A program made the position numbers and the translations under genes. Source: the human T2T-CHM13v2.0 reference genome, Homo sapiens. Taken from it: a DNA stretch of 64,000 nucleotides. The stretch lies in assembly GCF_009914755.1 (NCBI RefSeq), contig NC_060931.1. One strand, written 5' to 3'. The notes beneath the pieces are model-generated. The model had not been told where the DNA came from, ran no database searches, and saw only the letters and a list, made by a program, of their open reading frames with translations. This document shows, in pieces, positions 1 to 12,740 of this stretch (within the stretch, counting starts at the first letter, position 1; each line of letters opens with the position of its first letter).

Positions 1-117
1 TCCAATTTAGGGACAATCAAGTCATTTCTGTATCAGTCAACAAGATAAAAAATAAAAATGCTTAATATCTGTTTAAATGAGAAGATCGGGACTTAGGTCA
101 GTTATATAAATACAGTC

Positions 118-792
118 ATTGGAACTCTCCCACACTACTAGTGGGAATGGAAAATGGCACAACTGCTTTGGAAAACAATTTGGCAATTTCTTAAGAAGTT
201 AAAAATATACTCACCTATGACCCAAGAGGAAAGAAAGTGCATGTTTATGCAAAGATTTTTACATAAATGTTCCCAGCAGCTTTATTCATAATAATCAAAA
301 ACTGGAACATCCCAAATAGCCATCAACAGGTAAATGGATAAACAAACTCTGGCACATCTATATGATGAAATAAGAAGGAATAAATAGGAATGTCTGGAAT
401 ACTAGGAATAAGTAGAATTAACTGTAATAAAGAATAAAGGATGATAACACACAACATGGGTGATTCTCAAAATTATGCCTAGTGAAAGAAGCCAGGCAAA
501 AGAGAGTATAGTATATTGCATGATTCTATTTACATAAAATTCCATATTAGCAGGATTCATAGTGATAGAAAGGCAATCAGTGGTTGTCTGGGAAAGGAGG
601 GATTCATGGGGAGGAAAGGATTATGAAGAGGCATTAAGAAACTTTGGAAGGTGATGGATGTGTTCACTATTCTGATTGCAGTGATGGCTTCATGGATGTT
701 TACATAAGACAAAACTTATTAAATTGTACATTTAAATATATGCAGCTTATTTAGGGTCCATTAAACCCACAATAAAGTTGTAAAATTAAAAA
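118..792 (+). mobile_element. Old LINE-1 (L1MC/L1ME-type) 3' end
   Basis: L1 ORF2-end/3'UTR motifs (GGAACTCTC..GTGGGAATG..AAAATGG, TTTGGAAAACAATTTGGCAATTTCTT, AAACTTTGGAAGGTGATGGA) ending in AATAAAG plus an A-rich tail. Confidence 0.85.
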
Positions 793-3700
793 TGGATATA
801 TTCAGACAGAATTTCTTTAGATTTAACGGAATAGATAAATGTACTAATCATGAAGACAACTAAGAGCCAACTTCTTTTAAAACAAAGACTTTATCAAGTT
901 TCCAGGAGTTTTTTTTAGTTTTTAATGGACAACTCATTACTTATGTCTAAAGAAAGCACTTCTTACTTAATTGTAGCATGTACATACATTTTCCTATATC
1001 ATATGTCTCTTGCATTAAAATTTTTGATTAACCTCATAATGACTTCACTGACATTACCTAAAGTGGTGAGAAATTAATCTCTAAGGCATACAGAGGAATG
1101 TTGGATGTGTGGAATTCTTTTTAATCCAAAAAATGAAAAGCACTTAAGATTCTCTGCCCAAGATGTGCTCTTAGAATAATTTTACTCTGATATTGGTTGC
1201 AAAAAAGCATTTTTATTTTTTTTTAAAATAATGCTTCTCAGCTTTGACTGACAGATATTTTAAACATGACCTCTCCCATTCTGTTTTGAACGATGATTTG
1301 TAAGTAAATATCTCATACTCTTTAAGTTCAAATGATAGCTGCCTCTGAGGCAGTCATGCATGAGGACACGTGTGGTGTGTATTCTGCTGGCACTACCCTT
1401 TCTCCACACATTTTCAAAATTTCTCTTTGGTAGAATCATCACAGAGCCAGAAGGAAAATGGGTCTCTTCATTATAGTTACAAATCCCCAAAATGTTATTA
1501 TCCAGTTTGATGGTCTACTTTATCTACCAGACCTCATTTCACATCATTTCAGACTATTTCTAAAAATCCCGAAAATTAATCCCTCCCTCCAAATAAAACT
1601 TTGTAACAATATTTTGAAAAAAAAAATTCTACCCTTATTTAACTAGTAGGTTACTTGACCAATACCCTGCTACAGAGATGTCTTTTTAAATTTTCACCAG
1701 TAAAGAAATAAAACATTTTCTTACATTCAATTGTCACTAATACATTGGTTCTTTGTGGAGGTATCAACACGCACACACACACTACACTACAATATAGTGT
1801 CAATAAAAATAGAAATCAACCACATATTTCACTAAGATCATGATCCTAAAAATGATTATCTCTAGAGAACAGTATTTAAGAGGACACTGTCATTTTCAGA
1901 CATGTTTTAAAAATCAAACTCATTTTGTAGCAGAATTACAGAATAATGTTTTAATTAAATTTGTTTCTCAAAAACTATCAGATTTTTATTTCTTTTGGGG
2001 GATACTTTGACCAGTTTGTTGTTCAGTTCTACAAGTTAAACTTTGTTGCTATTAATAATATTAGACATATTAAGAATATTAGAGAGATTGCATTAATTGC
2101 TTTTTCATCTCAAAAAGACATGGGAAATTTTGCTAAACAGTCATCTTTAAAGGCATGCAATAATGACATCCCCATAAACATCCTAAGAAGACACTCAAAG
2201 TACCAATAATGTAATCGACAGGCATATCTTGCCCCTTCTTAAAGAGCTGAGTAAGTTAAAATTGATGTTAAAGAACACATAATACATTGAAGTTGCTATA
2301 TAGAAGGGTTCAATATGTCCAGGGCCCTGTTTAAATAATTAATCTGTGTGCTTACACAGGCTGTGAGGCTTAGCAGCAGAAACCAGGCCAAGGGATGTCT
2401 CAGCAGAGACTTTCCAGCAGAAAGTTCTTTAAAACAATGCTCAGGCCTTTAACATAGCAGACTGAAAACGCTCTGCTTACAGAGCAGATGGTTATGTAAA
2501 GACAATGCTCAGTTTGTGGTGAAGTCCTAAAACCAAGATTAAATCAAGACTACAATGGCCACAAGTTTTACAAAAACCATAAAATGTGGATCACCTAGCT
2601 TGCAAGACATTTTATGTAAGGTCTCTATGTCCTCTCCTTTTGAAGGATGAATGACTGTAACTGCAGACCTTTACAAGGACAATGAGAGCTCCTAATGGAG
2701 GCGCTAAGGCAGCTGGCCCAGAGGCAGTAAAGTTGGCAACCTCATTGGCTCCCCTTGAGAGTCCGGCCCACCACAACCATTCTTTTAGATATGCATGGTC
2801 ACTTAGATCTGCTTTCATGGTTCCTATCCTGGTAAGAGACCTTGTTTTTGTTTATTTCAAAGTGTACTTCTCCCCACTAAAAATGCTGGAGCTCAGAGAC
2901 AATACCACACCAATATAAAAGTCATTTATTCCATGCCTTTGGATATAACATTTGTTACTAAAGAAATGTCCATGAATAACACTGATCACAGAAAAAGAGA
3001 AACTGTTATATTAGAAGTAATGTGATTCAGTCTTCAAATCTGAGACTTTCCCCATGCAGATTTCATGGGCTACTATAGCCTCCACCCCCCATTCCCCTGC
3101 CTTCATCTACATCCAGTGGGAAGTAAGCACCCTGTGGGCTGCAGCTGGGCTCCTCTCTGTGGGGTGTTCCAAATTGCACCTACTCAGGATGATCTCTGGC
3201 TGCCTTTGCTGCCTCATCTCATCTTAGCAGTGGCAACTTGCCCTTGACCTTGTAATAATAGATGTCAGTAAATATATATTCCATGGCTGAATGAATATGC
3301 CATTGACCATAATGCTCATTTTAAAAGAAGGAGGTTCCCATCAAGCATGTAGCTTCCCAGAGTGATTACATAAAAGGTGGTCTGAACTTGTATTTGTGTG
3401 TGTATAATTCAGTGGGCCCAGTGAAATCTGATTTTAGTATGATTAGGCCATAAAATCCCAACCCAGGAGGCCATAAAGGGAGAGTTATCACAGAATGCCA
3501 CCTTCATCAAGACACTAACCTTTCAGAGTTGTTAATGTCCAATTGTGAGTATAAGGAAACAGAAGCTGTCAGTCATTTTCCCTGAATGTCAACGCTCTGA
3601 AAAATGACTAGGAACGTTTGTCTTTTCCATCTTCCCTCCCTAACTTCCTCTGGTAATACCTAGTACCACCACATAGAAGAGTGAAAACAAAAAAATCTTA

Positions 3701-4634
3701 ATGAGATGTTCTTCTGCCCAGAAACACTTCCAAGCAGAATTTAAAAGAGATCAAAGACTAAAAACTTTCATTTCTTTCTGGTTCTTTTTTCAGTGGCTTG
3801 TCTCCTATTTTCTTGTGGTCAGCACAAGTCCTCTGTATGCTTCATGGAGCCTCACTGTGTGTCTCCCAGCCTGACGGGATTATGTCCTTGAATGATGAGA
3901 TAGCTCTGTGTCCACACTGTTGGACCTCTGGCCTCTTCCTGTCAGGGAGGTGGCAGGGAAAAGCTGCAGGTCGTGTACTGGCATAGAAAATGGAGGTGCC
4001 TTTTGCTGGCATTGCTCTCTTGTAGTTTGTAATTGTAAAATGAAACTCGCTGTGTTACTAATCCAGAAAGGCAGCTGGAATTTTCATGTCTGCTATAAAA
4101 TGCCCTGTTAATGTCATATTGGATTATATTATAATAGTGGGATAAAGCCTTCAATGAGTTATCTCAGCCACACTGCAGATGGTAGAGTAAAACAAAGTGG
4201 GCTAGGAGGTAAAAACTCGGAGAAAAGCGAGAGCACTGAATTAATGAACCATGTTCAGTTGAAGAATTGCATTTGGTTTGCTGTCTGCTTCACCATGTAG
4301 TCTCTACCAAAGGACCATGTGACACATGAACCAAGCTTATTGCACCTGTTTGGATTGACTTTGTTAGTATTTTCCATGTCAAATGTGCCTATAAGGAAAT
4401 AACCTTCATTGTTTGCTGTCACTGAGAGGCTCTGTCCCTATAATTGTTCTTCTCTACGGTGTCATTCTCAGGGATGGGTTGGGGGAGAAGGCAATATTTT
4501 CCTTTTACTTCATCTCTCCCGAAGAACCTAAGAGAGCGACTCAAACATACTAGCTGTTCATGTGATATGACCTGTGGTTTTTTACTCTTTATTTAAAAGC
4601 GCTAACCTGGGTCATCACTCTCAGGAAGGATTGG

Positions 4635-4850
4635 TGAGATAGAAACACTGTCGAGCTTTTGGATGGAAATCCTGTGTGCAAATTCAGGTTCTGAATTCAA
4701 CAACTTTATAAATTCTGTCAGCTTCACTTCCACATTTGTAACCTGCAGGGTATGTTACCCCCCTCAAAGAGTAACAATCAAGTGAGATAATGGATATGAA
4801 AATACTTTATATGTAGGAAAAGAGATGTAAAAACAAGGCTTTATTATTAC
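4635..4850 (+). mobile_element. MIR SINE (diverged)
   Basis: MIR core-like CACATTTGTAA and tail AAGTGAGATAATGGATATGAAAATACTTT. Confidence 0.55.
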
Positions 4851-4859
4851 CCTCTAGAC

Positions 4860-5036
4860 CAATGATTCCCAATTTAGCTGATAATTAGAGATATCTGGGA
4901 AGCTTATTAAAAATGTAGAATTCTGAGCCCTTATGTAGACCTATTGAATTAGCATCTCTGGAGATGAGTCTTGGAAATCTGTACTTTTACAGCTTTGTGA
5001 GCAGTTCTGAAGATCACTCAGGCTTGGGAATCACAG
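4860..5036. mobile_element. MER5A-like hAT-Charlie MITE
   Basis: Termini CAATGATTCCCAA..TTGGGAATCACAG, internal MER5 motifs (AGACCTATTGAATTAGCATCTCTGG), NNCTAGNN-type flanks. Confidence 0.75.
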
Positions 5037-5758
5037 CACTAGGGTTTGAATTTCTTGAAGATGGCTACTATGTATCTGGGCATTTTGAAACCTCTGTACT
5101 TAGAACATGGTACTTACGTAACCAAATACAAATATTTACTAGGGCCTACTGGGTGCCAGGCACCATGCTAGGTACCAGGAACACATGCAGCTGTATACTC
5201 TTAATTCTTTTAATGTGGGGGTTGCAAGGAAAATACAATAGTTTCAATGCAATGTGCTGAGTACTGTCAGAGAGGTGGAGCATTGAAGAGTTTTAAGCAG
5301 TCCTTTGTGATATAATCTGTTGTTGAACCTATCAATCCTGCCTTTATGTTTGATGCCTGAGAATATTCCATTTTCAATGCTTTGTTATAGGCAATATTTC
5401 CTGCAGAAAATAGTAAGAAGCTTTAATGAAAAAACTTAGTGCATTTTCACATTGGTCAGGTTTCTTGTTTCTTCCTACTCAGTTTCCTTGGACACGTGCA
5501 GTATGTTCATTTTTCCACAAACAATGTATTGGAGACAAATGCTAGTGGAGATACAAAGTCTAAACACCACAGGTGCAGAACATGAGATGCCAAAGGACAT
5601 GCCAGGAGTGGGAAGAGTGAGAAAATAGATCCTCTGGGAAGTATCACTCCACGGTGAAATGAGCTATTAAAACATAAAGAAACTGCAAGAAGGAAAGTTA
5701 AAATTCCAATATCTGTCTTGGGATGTGAAGTACAGAAATGTTCTTGCTTCAACCCAAA

Positions 5759-5812
5759 CATGGCCAGCTGACCCCAGTGTCTGGCTGACCCTAGCATAGC
5801 TGGCTGACCCAA
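5759..5812. repeat. Three degenerate 17-19 bp tandem units, each with GCTGACCC
   Basis: CATGGCCAGCTGACCCCAG / TGTCTGGCTGACCCTAG / CATAGCTGGCTGACCCAA read directly. Confidence 0.8.
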
Positions 5813-6210
5813 CTTTTGCCTATCCCTTGAACTAAACTTGAACCTTATGTAAGCTCTGAAGTCATTCAGAAGATCATTTGAAAATATTTTCCCCTCTTTG
5901 TCTCCTGGTTTGCTCTGGGACTGCTCTGGGGAGAGCTGTGTGGAGCTGAGGGGTGAGAGCTCAATTTTTTAATATTTGTAAGTGCTTTTATAGCCATTTC
6001 CCTGTAAGTGTTGGCCAAAGAAGGATCAGTGAGCATTAAGAGACTCCTTGATTTGTTCTTGGTGGTATGAGCACATGCAGCTTCCCACTGAGGCCATGTG
6101 GTAGGAGAGGATGCCCAGGACGCAGACTTAGAAGTCGTTGTTGAAGTGTCTTGCTCTAAGAAGCCATTCTAAACATGTGCTGAATGAGCGAAGGAGTGAA
6201 CAAATGAAGG

Positions 6211-6588
6211 TGTTCAAAGCAAAACTTAAGACAAATTAAATTTAATAGAGTTTGACTGAGCAAAGAATGATTTGCAAATTAGGCAGGCCCCCTGAACCAG
6301 AATAGGTTCAGATAGTCTCCACACTGCTATGTGGTTGGAGAGGATTTATGAACAGATAAAGGAAAGTGAGGTACAGAAGCAGCCAGATTTTGATTACAGC
6401 TTGCCATTTGTCTTATGTGAACACAGTTTGAACAGTTGGCTGCCTTTGAATGGCCAAAACTCAGTGATTGGTGCAAAAGTAAATTACAGTCTGTTTACAT
6501 ATCCAGTTAAGGTTACTATATATGGAGAAAGCTTCACGTTGGACTTCAAATACGTAAGGAGGTGCTTTAGGCTAAATTTAATTTAGCA
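6211..6588 (-). mobile_element. MER57-family (MER57A/B-like) ERV1 solo LTR
   Basis: Reverse complement begins TGCTAAATTAAATTTAGCCTAAAGC and ends AATTTGTCTTAAGTTTTGCTTTGAACA like the MER57 consensus; near-TSD AAGG/AAAG. Confidence 0.85.
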
Positions 6589-6829
6589 AAAGAATGCTAG
6601 CTAGGTCTGATTAAGACACTTTACTAAACATGAGACTAAATGCAGTAATAACAGAAACCAAGAATCAGGGGGTTAACACTATGGGGTTGTAAATGTATCC
6701 CACATGCTGGGCAGGAAGCAAAGACTTAAGATGTAGCCCGTTCACAATCTGAGAACCATTGAGTGATAAACTCCAAACCCCAGAGGCGGTGTACAGGAAA
6801 GATCTTCTGTATTGGATTCTGCATGAAGC

Positions 6830-7060
6830 AGGAATCAGGACCAGAGCTGAGTCTTTAAGGGTGAGAAGAGTTTGGATAGGCAGAAGAGAGGGGTAGAATG
6901 CATCTTAACTAACAGGCTGAGAAAAAACACAGATGGGGTTTAAGTCATGATGATAACATTTGTGAAACAGTTAGCTGACCAAGATGATTGACAGAAGTGC
7001 TGGGGAGTGGTAGGAGAGCAGGCTTGGGAGTGGGCAAAGGAGTAAGAACTTGCTATAGGA
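6830..7060 (-). mobile_element. L2 LINE fragment
   Basis: GAGCTGAGTCTTTAAGGGTGAGAAGAGTTTGGATAGGCAGA, typical antisense L2 3' region. Confidence 0.55.
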
Positions 7061-9942
7061 GGCTACAAGGAATCACTACAGGCTCTTGAGTTGAAGAACG
7101 ATGTTCTTGGTGAATGATTGGTCTGGCAGAGTGGATCTCTCTCCATCCATCTCCTGGCCAACTCTTGCTCTTTGTATAGCAGCTGAGGTTGGATGGAAAT
7201 ACAGCTAACATTTCTGGAGCTTCCCAGGTGAACAGATCTGCAGATGTGTGGGGCAAGACCCCTCATTCACTCCCTTGTCCGAAAATTAACCAGCATGATG
7301 GAGACTAGATCACACACTTTCAAAAACAAACCAAGGCCCTCTTCCCTCTAATATGATTTGCCAGATGACAGATGATCCCAATCCCTGTAATTAGTTAGAT
7401 ACTTTAATTGACTTTCAGTGGCAGTAATAAGTAACTGGAGTCCTGGCTTGTAGAATTTCCTTTCTAATTGTCACTGTTAAACTACTCATTATAGGGATAA
7501 ATAGCATACCGCTTTATTTAAACAATTTCCTTCATACATGTAAATTCCAGCGGAAGTTCCCAGTATTTTCAGGCCCTTGGGAGAGCTGTTTGGGGTCTAG
7601 CAGCAAGGTGATGCATTTTTGAGGGAGCTGCTTAAGCTGGTTGGCTGTTTCATTTGAATAAGCAAGCCACAAGTTTCCAACACTGACGCACTTCCTACTG
7701 CTTCGTTTTTTAAAGGCTGTAGAAAGGATAATTGACCACAGCTTGTCAGCAAGAGAGATTTACTGTCATTAGTGCAAACGCAGATGAATTACTTTAATAT
7801 CATGGAATATAAAAAATGGCCAGATAGTTTCCTTTCTCAGTAAGAGTACTTAAACAGCTTTTCACACTTCACTTCTGCATTTGGGTGTAAAAGAGGGAGG
7901 AAGTCATAAAGACCCATGAGTGGGAGTGGAAGGAGGAGTGGGATTAACTTAGCAGAGGTAGGAAAAGGCAGATCTCAAACTCTCAAATCAAATCCAAGTG
8001 AACAGACCGGGGTTGCTTGTTTTAGGGTGGTATAAAAGCTAAACAAGCATTCATTTTTTAAAAGTTCCCACTTTTGATTTCTATTTCCAGTATAGTACTC
8101 ATTCGGAACATTCTTTTCAACTTCGGTTCTTTGTGTTTTGACTCAATTGTAGAAAGAATTAGAAATATTGCAAGGCATATTTTAAATCCTTTATTAAACC
8201 ATAGACACCAGCTTGGGAGATCTGAATCGTTTTACTCGGGGCCATGCAAAAATTGCCTGTTGATGTGTTCTATTTTGTTTTGTCTTGCTTTTGAACCGTC
8301 CATGTTTCTGAAAATTGTGTATAAGCCAGCCAGGGCCCAAGCACAGAGAATGCCTAGAACCTGGAGCAATGTATTTTCATTTTGCTTCCCCATGGTTCTT
8401 GTTGCAAACATATTTGCCTCCTAACTCTTAGAACCCAGTGTAAGCTGCCACTGGCAATTATTTCATTTTGATTTTAGGAAGCAGGGCTGCATCCTGTCTG
8501 ATCATTGAATCTAGACTTGCTTTATAATCTGTTCTTTGCTTCCGCTAAGATACAAATATGTGGGCCTGGTTCCTGTTGCTATTGTAACTGAAATGGAACT
8601 AATCTCACTCGTTTCTGTGTGGCTCAGCACTGCGGGTTAATATCTGTGGATGTTGTTGCCAATTGCTATTGCTCTATTAATTCGTGGTATGTGCTATTTG
8701 TTCTTTCGAGAGTTATTTTCTCTTTTTTATTTCTCAAACTCTTTGTGACATACCTGAGAAGTGAAAGTAATAGAAATTTCCTTCTGAAAGGAGGGGAGAA
8801 AGTCTGTAGAATCCAACTGCATATGTAGTTACTGTGTATTTGGGTGTTTCCCCTTTGCCGCTGAGTGACATGGCAATAACATAGAAGGAAATGAGTATTT
8901 CATAACATAATCTCATTAATAGCTATGCTGTTTAAAACATATAAACAACAGCATAAACAACCTAACGGCACCACAAGCAATGGTCTCTTCTTGCACTGGC
9001 CATCTTGTCTCATGGTTGAAGGTGTGTGGGCTGGACTTTTTGGGATCCGTGAGTGGCGGCAATTCCAGAGACTTGGGGGTTTCTAACATTTCAGGTTAGT
9101 TGTTGCTTTACCTACATCCCATTAGTCTAGTGAGGCCTTGTCTCTAAATTGCTTTGAAAGTGTCATATTTTGAGTTTACTAATTCCATTTTCAAAATTCA
9201 AATGGAATAGAACTCCCAACCCCCTGGCTATTTGTCCAGACTTTGTATGTTTGTGTGTCACAGAGAAAGACATCATATTTATACATAAAGAAAAAATATA
9301 GAGAGAGGATAGAGTTAGAAAGACATTTGAGGAAGTAAATTCAAAATTGTTGAAACACAGTTATAAAGTGCTTTTGCTTCCCCATTCCTACAAGATAGGC
9401 AGTAATGGAACTACCCTTATCATTGCAAAATGTGTGTGAAATGATGACAACCTTCACAGGATAAAAAAGAAAATGGCAAGAAATAACAGTGTACCTGACT
9501 AGGTCATATTAGCGTATGATGATTCGTTGTTGTAGCCAGAAGTTATTTCATGTTCTCCAACACAGATTGGATCCAGGCCTGACCAGGATGACAACATTTC
9601 ATCTTGAATGGATAGTCATGTGTCCTTTTAAATAAAATCTACATGTCCTAGCTCTGCTTGTTACGAAGCTTAACTGGCCCATCATGTCTGGTGGAGTGTC
9701 TGAGTCTAAGGCAGGTTGGAAATAATGCAGCACCTCAGATGGGAGATGCTTGCAGAAATGTTGGGAAGCACAGACAGAATGCTGATCACCCCTGTAGCCA
9801 AGAGTGTGCAAAGCAAACTTACTCCATTTCCAGGACCAGAATGCAGAGGAAATAAGGCAACTTTTAAATTTAAATATGTCAGCTTGCCACTTTCTCCAGG
9901 GGTGGTTTGGCCATACGACAGGTTATAAGGAATTTGAAATCT

Positions 9943-10036
9943 GAAGAAAGGAAGAAAGAGAGAGAGAGAGAGACAAGGAAAGAGAGAAAGAAAGAAGGAA
10001 GGAAAGGAGGGATCAAAGTAAGAGAGAAAGAATAAA
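9943..10036. repeat. Purine-rich (GA/GAAA/GGAA) low-complexity tract
   Basis: Almost pure A/G run read directly. Confidence 0.9.
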
Positions 10037-10374
10037 GCATTAGATTTAGTTTCTGTGCCTGTTTCATATTTTTGCAATGAAATGCTAAATGAGCTGCATT
10101 GAATGTTTCACTTGGTTGATGAGTAAATCCAATTCTGGATATAGTGGGCATGTGGTACATGGGCACACTCTCCTGGATTTCATCTGCCTTGAGGGACACA
10201 CCACTTGTCACTTTCACCCTTACTCTCCTGACGACTCAGATCCTCTTACTGACATTAGAGAGACCATCAATCCCCAGTGACCTGTGCATGTGTATTGGGG
10301 AGGGTTGACTTTTAATATATTCCAGTTTGGCATTAATATGTGTGTACCCACTGTTGTTGTGTCTTTCCCCCCAA

Positions 10375-10850
10375 ATTTAAATAATTTTATACAGTGCCAA
10401 GAGGTATAAAGATGTAAATGAAAATAACTTTTAATCTTACCAACCAGTGATAACCCATTTAATACTTTGCTAAATATCTTTCTACATGTTTTTGCTATGC
10501 ATGTATGCACATAAACACACATAGGCATAAACATACATATATTCTTTCAAAAACCCTCCTTTTTCATTTGGAAACATCCAAATTCCCACGCCCATAACTG
10601 TGTTCTACATTATTCTCTCAAATGGTTTCTTAGTATTTATTATAGGGTGGTTGTTTTCTTCATTATTAAAAAGTACTCTGCAACTTACATACTTGGGAAT
10701 ACACCTGTCTACATTTTTATGACATCTTTAGGATAAATTTCTAAAAGTAGACTTGTTGATTTGAAGATAATATGCATCTGAAATTTTGATGTGTGGTGTT
10801 CCTTTGTTGTCTTTTAGAAAAAGATATCAATGATATTCATCATTAGTGCA
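10375..10850 (-). mobile_element. Old L1ME-type 3' fragment
   Basis: Antisense L1ME motifs (TAGGATAAATTTCTAAAAGTAGACTTGTTG..AATATGCATCTGAAATTTTGAT). Confidence 0.55.
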
Positions 10851-11064
10851 TCCATGGGAGAGGGTTTTTAAATATATAAGATAATGATGCTTATACGTTT
10901 ATTTCCTGCCTTTCCATGGTACAGAAAAATAATTACTATGTAAGATTCTTCTTGAAGGAAAAGTCATGCAATATTCAGATGATTATTTTGTAAGTTAAGT
11001 TTCTTTTATGATTCCTGGATTTTCATTATTATTTGCTGTTAAAAAGTAGAATTGTTGATTATTA

Positions 11065-11359
11065 TTTTTCTTTTTATGAGACAGAGTCTTGCTCTGTCAC
11101 CCGGGCTGGAGGGCAGTGGTGCGATCTCGGCTCACTGCAACCTCTACCTCCTGGGTTCAAGTGATTCTCCTGCCTCAGCCTCCTGAGTAGCTGGGATTAC
11201 AGGTGTGCACCACCACTCCCATCTAATTTTTGTAGTTGTAGTAGGGACAGGGTTTTGCCATGTTGGCCAGGCTGGTCTTGAACTCCTGGCCTCAGGTGAT
11301 CTGCCCACCTCAGCCTCCCAAAGTGCTGGGATTACAAATGTAAGCCACTATGCCTGGCC
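11065..11359 (-). mobile_element. AluS (Sx/Sz-like), full length
   Basis: Poly-T, GAGACAGAGTCTTGCTCTGTCACC..CCTCAGGTGATCTGCCC..CCCAAAGTGCTGGGATTACA..CCTGGCC. Confidence 0.95.
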
Positions 11360-12544
11360 ATTTCTTTAAGTTTATTTGTGATTTTCAGTTATAATGTTGT
11401 GGTTTTGAACTATTTTGTGTGGGCACAGTGACTTTTGGGTAGTTTACAGGCAGGCATACATGCTGGATTTGCTTTGGAGTTTATATTACAAAACAGCTAC
11501 ATGATTCCTATGGACCATGTAATGTAAATGCAAGTCAAAGATATGAGGTGGTTCATCCCCATTCAGCCTGGAAATGAGACCCCACCCCTTGCCCAGCAGC
11601 AGGCAGTGAATATATCCAGTCCTATGTACATGTGAAAGTGTGTGCCAGGAAGACACATGCATATATAGATTTGAAAGTTCTTAGCCCATTGCTAATAGAA
11701 CATGTACACAGTCTTGTGAATAAATAGGACAGGCAAACTGAGAGTGTCATGTATGAGTGTGGGGAGAGGTGAAGCAAGAGTTACTGTGGCTGGAAAATAT
11801 GAGAAACTTTGGGGAAAAACTGGGGATAATAGCTGCTTCTCTGAGACACCAACATATCTAGACATATCAGCAAAATAATCAAATTAAGGCAAAACATGTA
11901 GTCCCTATGGCAAAACGGAATCTTCAACACAAACTAAACACTTGTGTAAATTCGGTTTTTACTGATTTCAGTTTGTGTGTATATGTGTATGACTGTGAGT
12001 TTGCATAGATCTCATTGTTAGGAGTAGGAAGACATACATCACACTGCCTGATATATTTTCCAGTGAAGTTCAGTCATTTAAACATGAAATCATAGCCAAC
12101 CTCTCTGGGTGAAAACATAAGGCATGAGAACGAGTCCAGCACCACCACCATTATTATCTGTTATCTGGGCCCTTCATTAATATTTATGGAGCCCATAGAC
12201 TAAGCATAGACCCCACTATCACTCAATGAGCCAACACTGTACTCTGAAAATAGTTTAATCTTGGCTTTTAATGTAAAAGCAACAGTTTTTAAATGTTTGC
12301 CAGAAAAAGAAAGTTTCCCAAAAAAAAGTTTCTCAAGATAGGCTACGTGGCTTTACAAAGTTCATTTTTCTTGAATTGAGAGCCCATATCCTGTTCTAAA
12401 ATAACCCTCTAGACTATTTTGGCTCCTCTCCCTATCTAAATGGTCATTTTTTGAATTGCATCCCAGAGGGATAATTTTCTCCATCTCTCATTCTGTCTTC
12501 TTTTCTTATGCAAAAGGGAGAAAGGGGTAAAAAAAAAAATCCTA

Positions 12545-12740
12545 CAATTTGCTAAGCATCTCATATATGTCAGGCACTGTGCTAAGAATGTCAAATCATT
12601 CAGTGCCACAGTTTTACAAGGTAAGTCATGTCACCCAGCTGCAGAGAAGCTAAACATCTGAGGTTTTAAATCTATTAATACTTGGTGGAGAAGGACTCAA
12701 ACTTAGGTTATCATAACAACAAAGCCACACGCTTTTTCTC
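12545..12740 (-). mobile_element. MIR SINE
   Basis: ATGTCAGGCACTGTGCTAAG and downstream antisense MIR core. Confidence 0.6.

Noticed and set aside
8540-8720. Possible pre-miRNA in the repeat-free block
   Set aside because: No long stem could be paired by eye and no mature miRNA sequence was recognised
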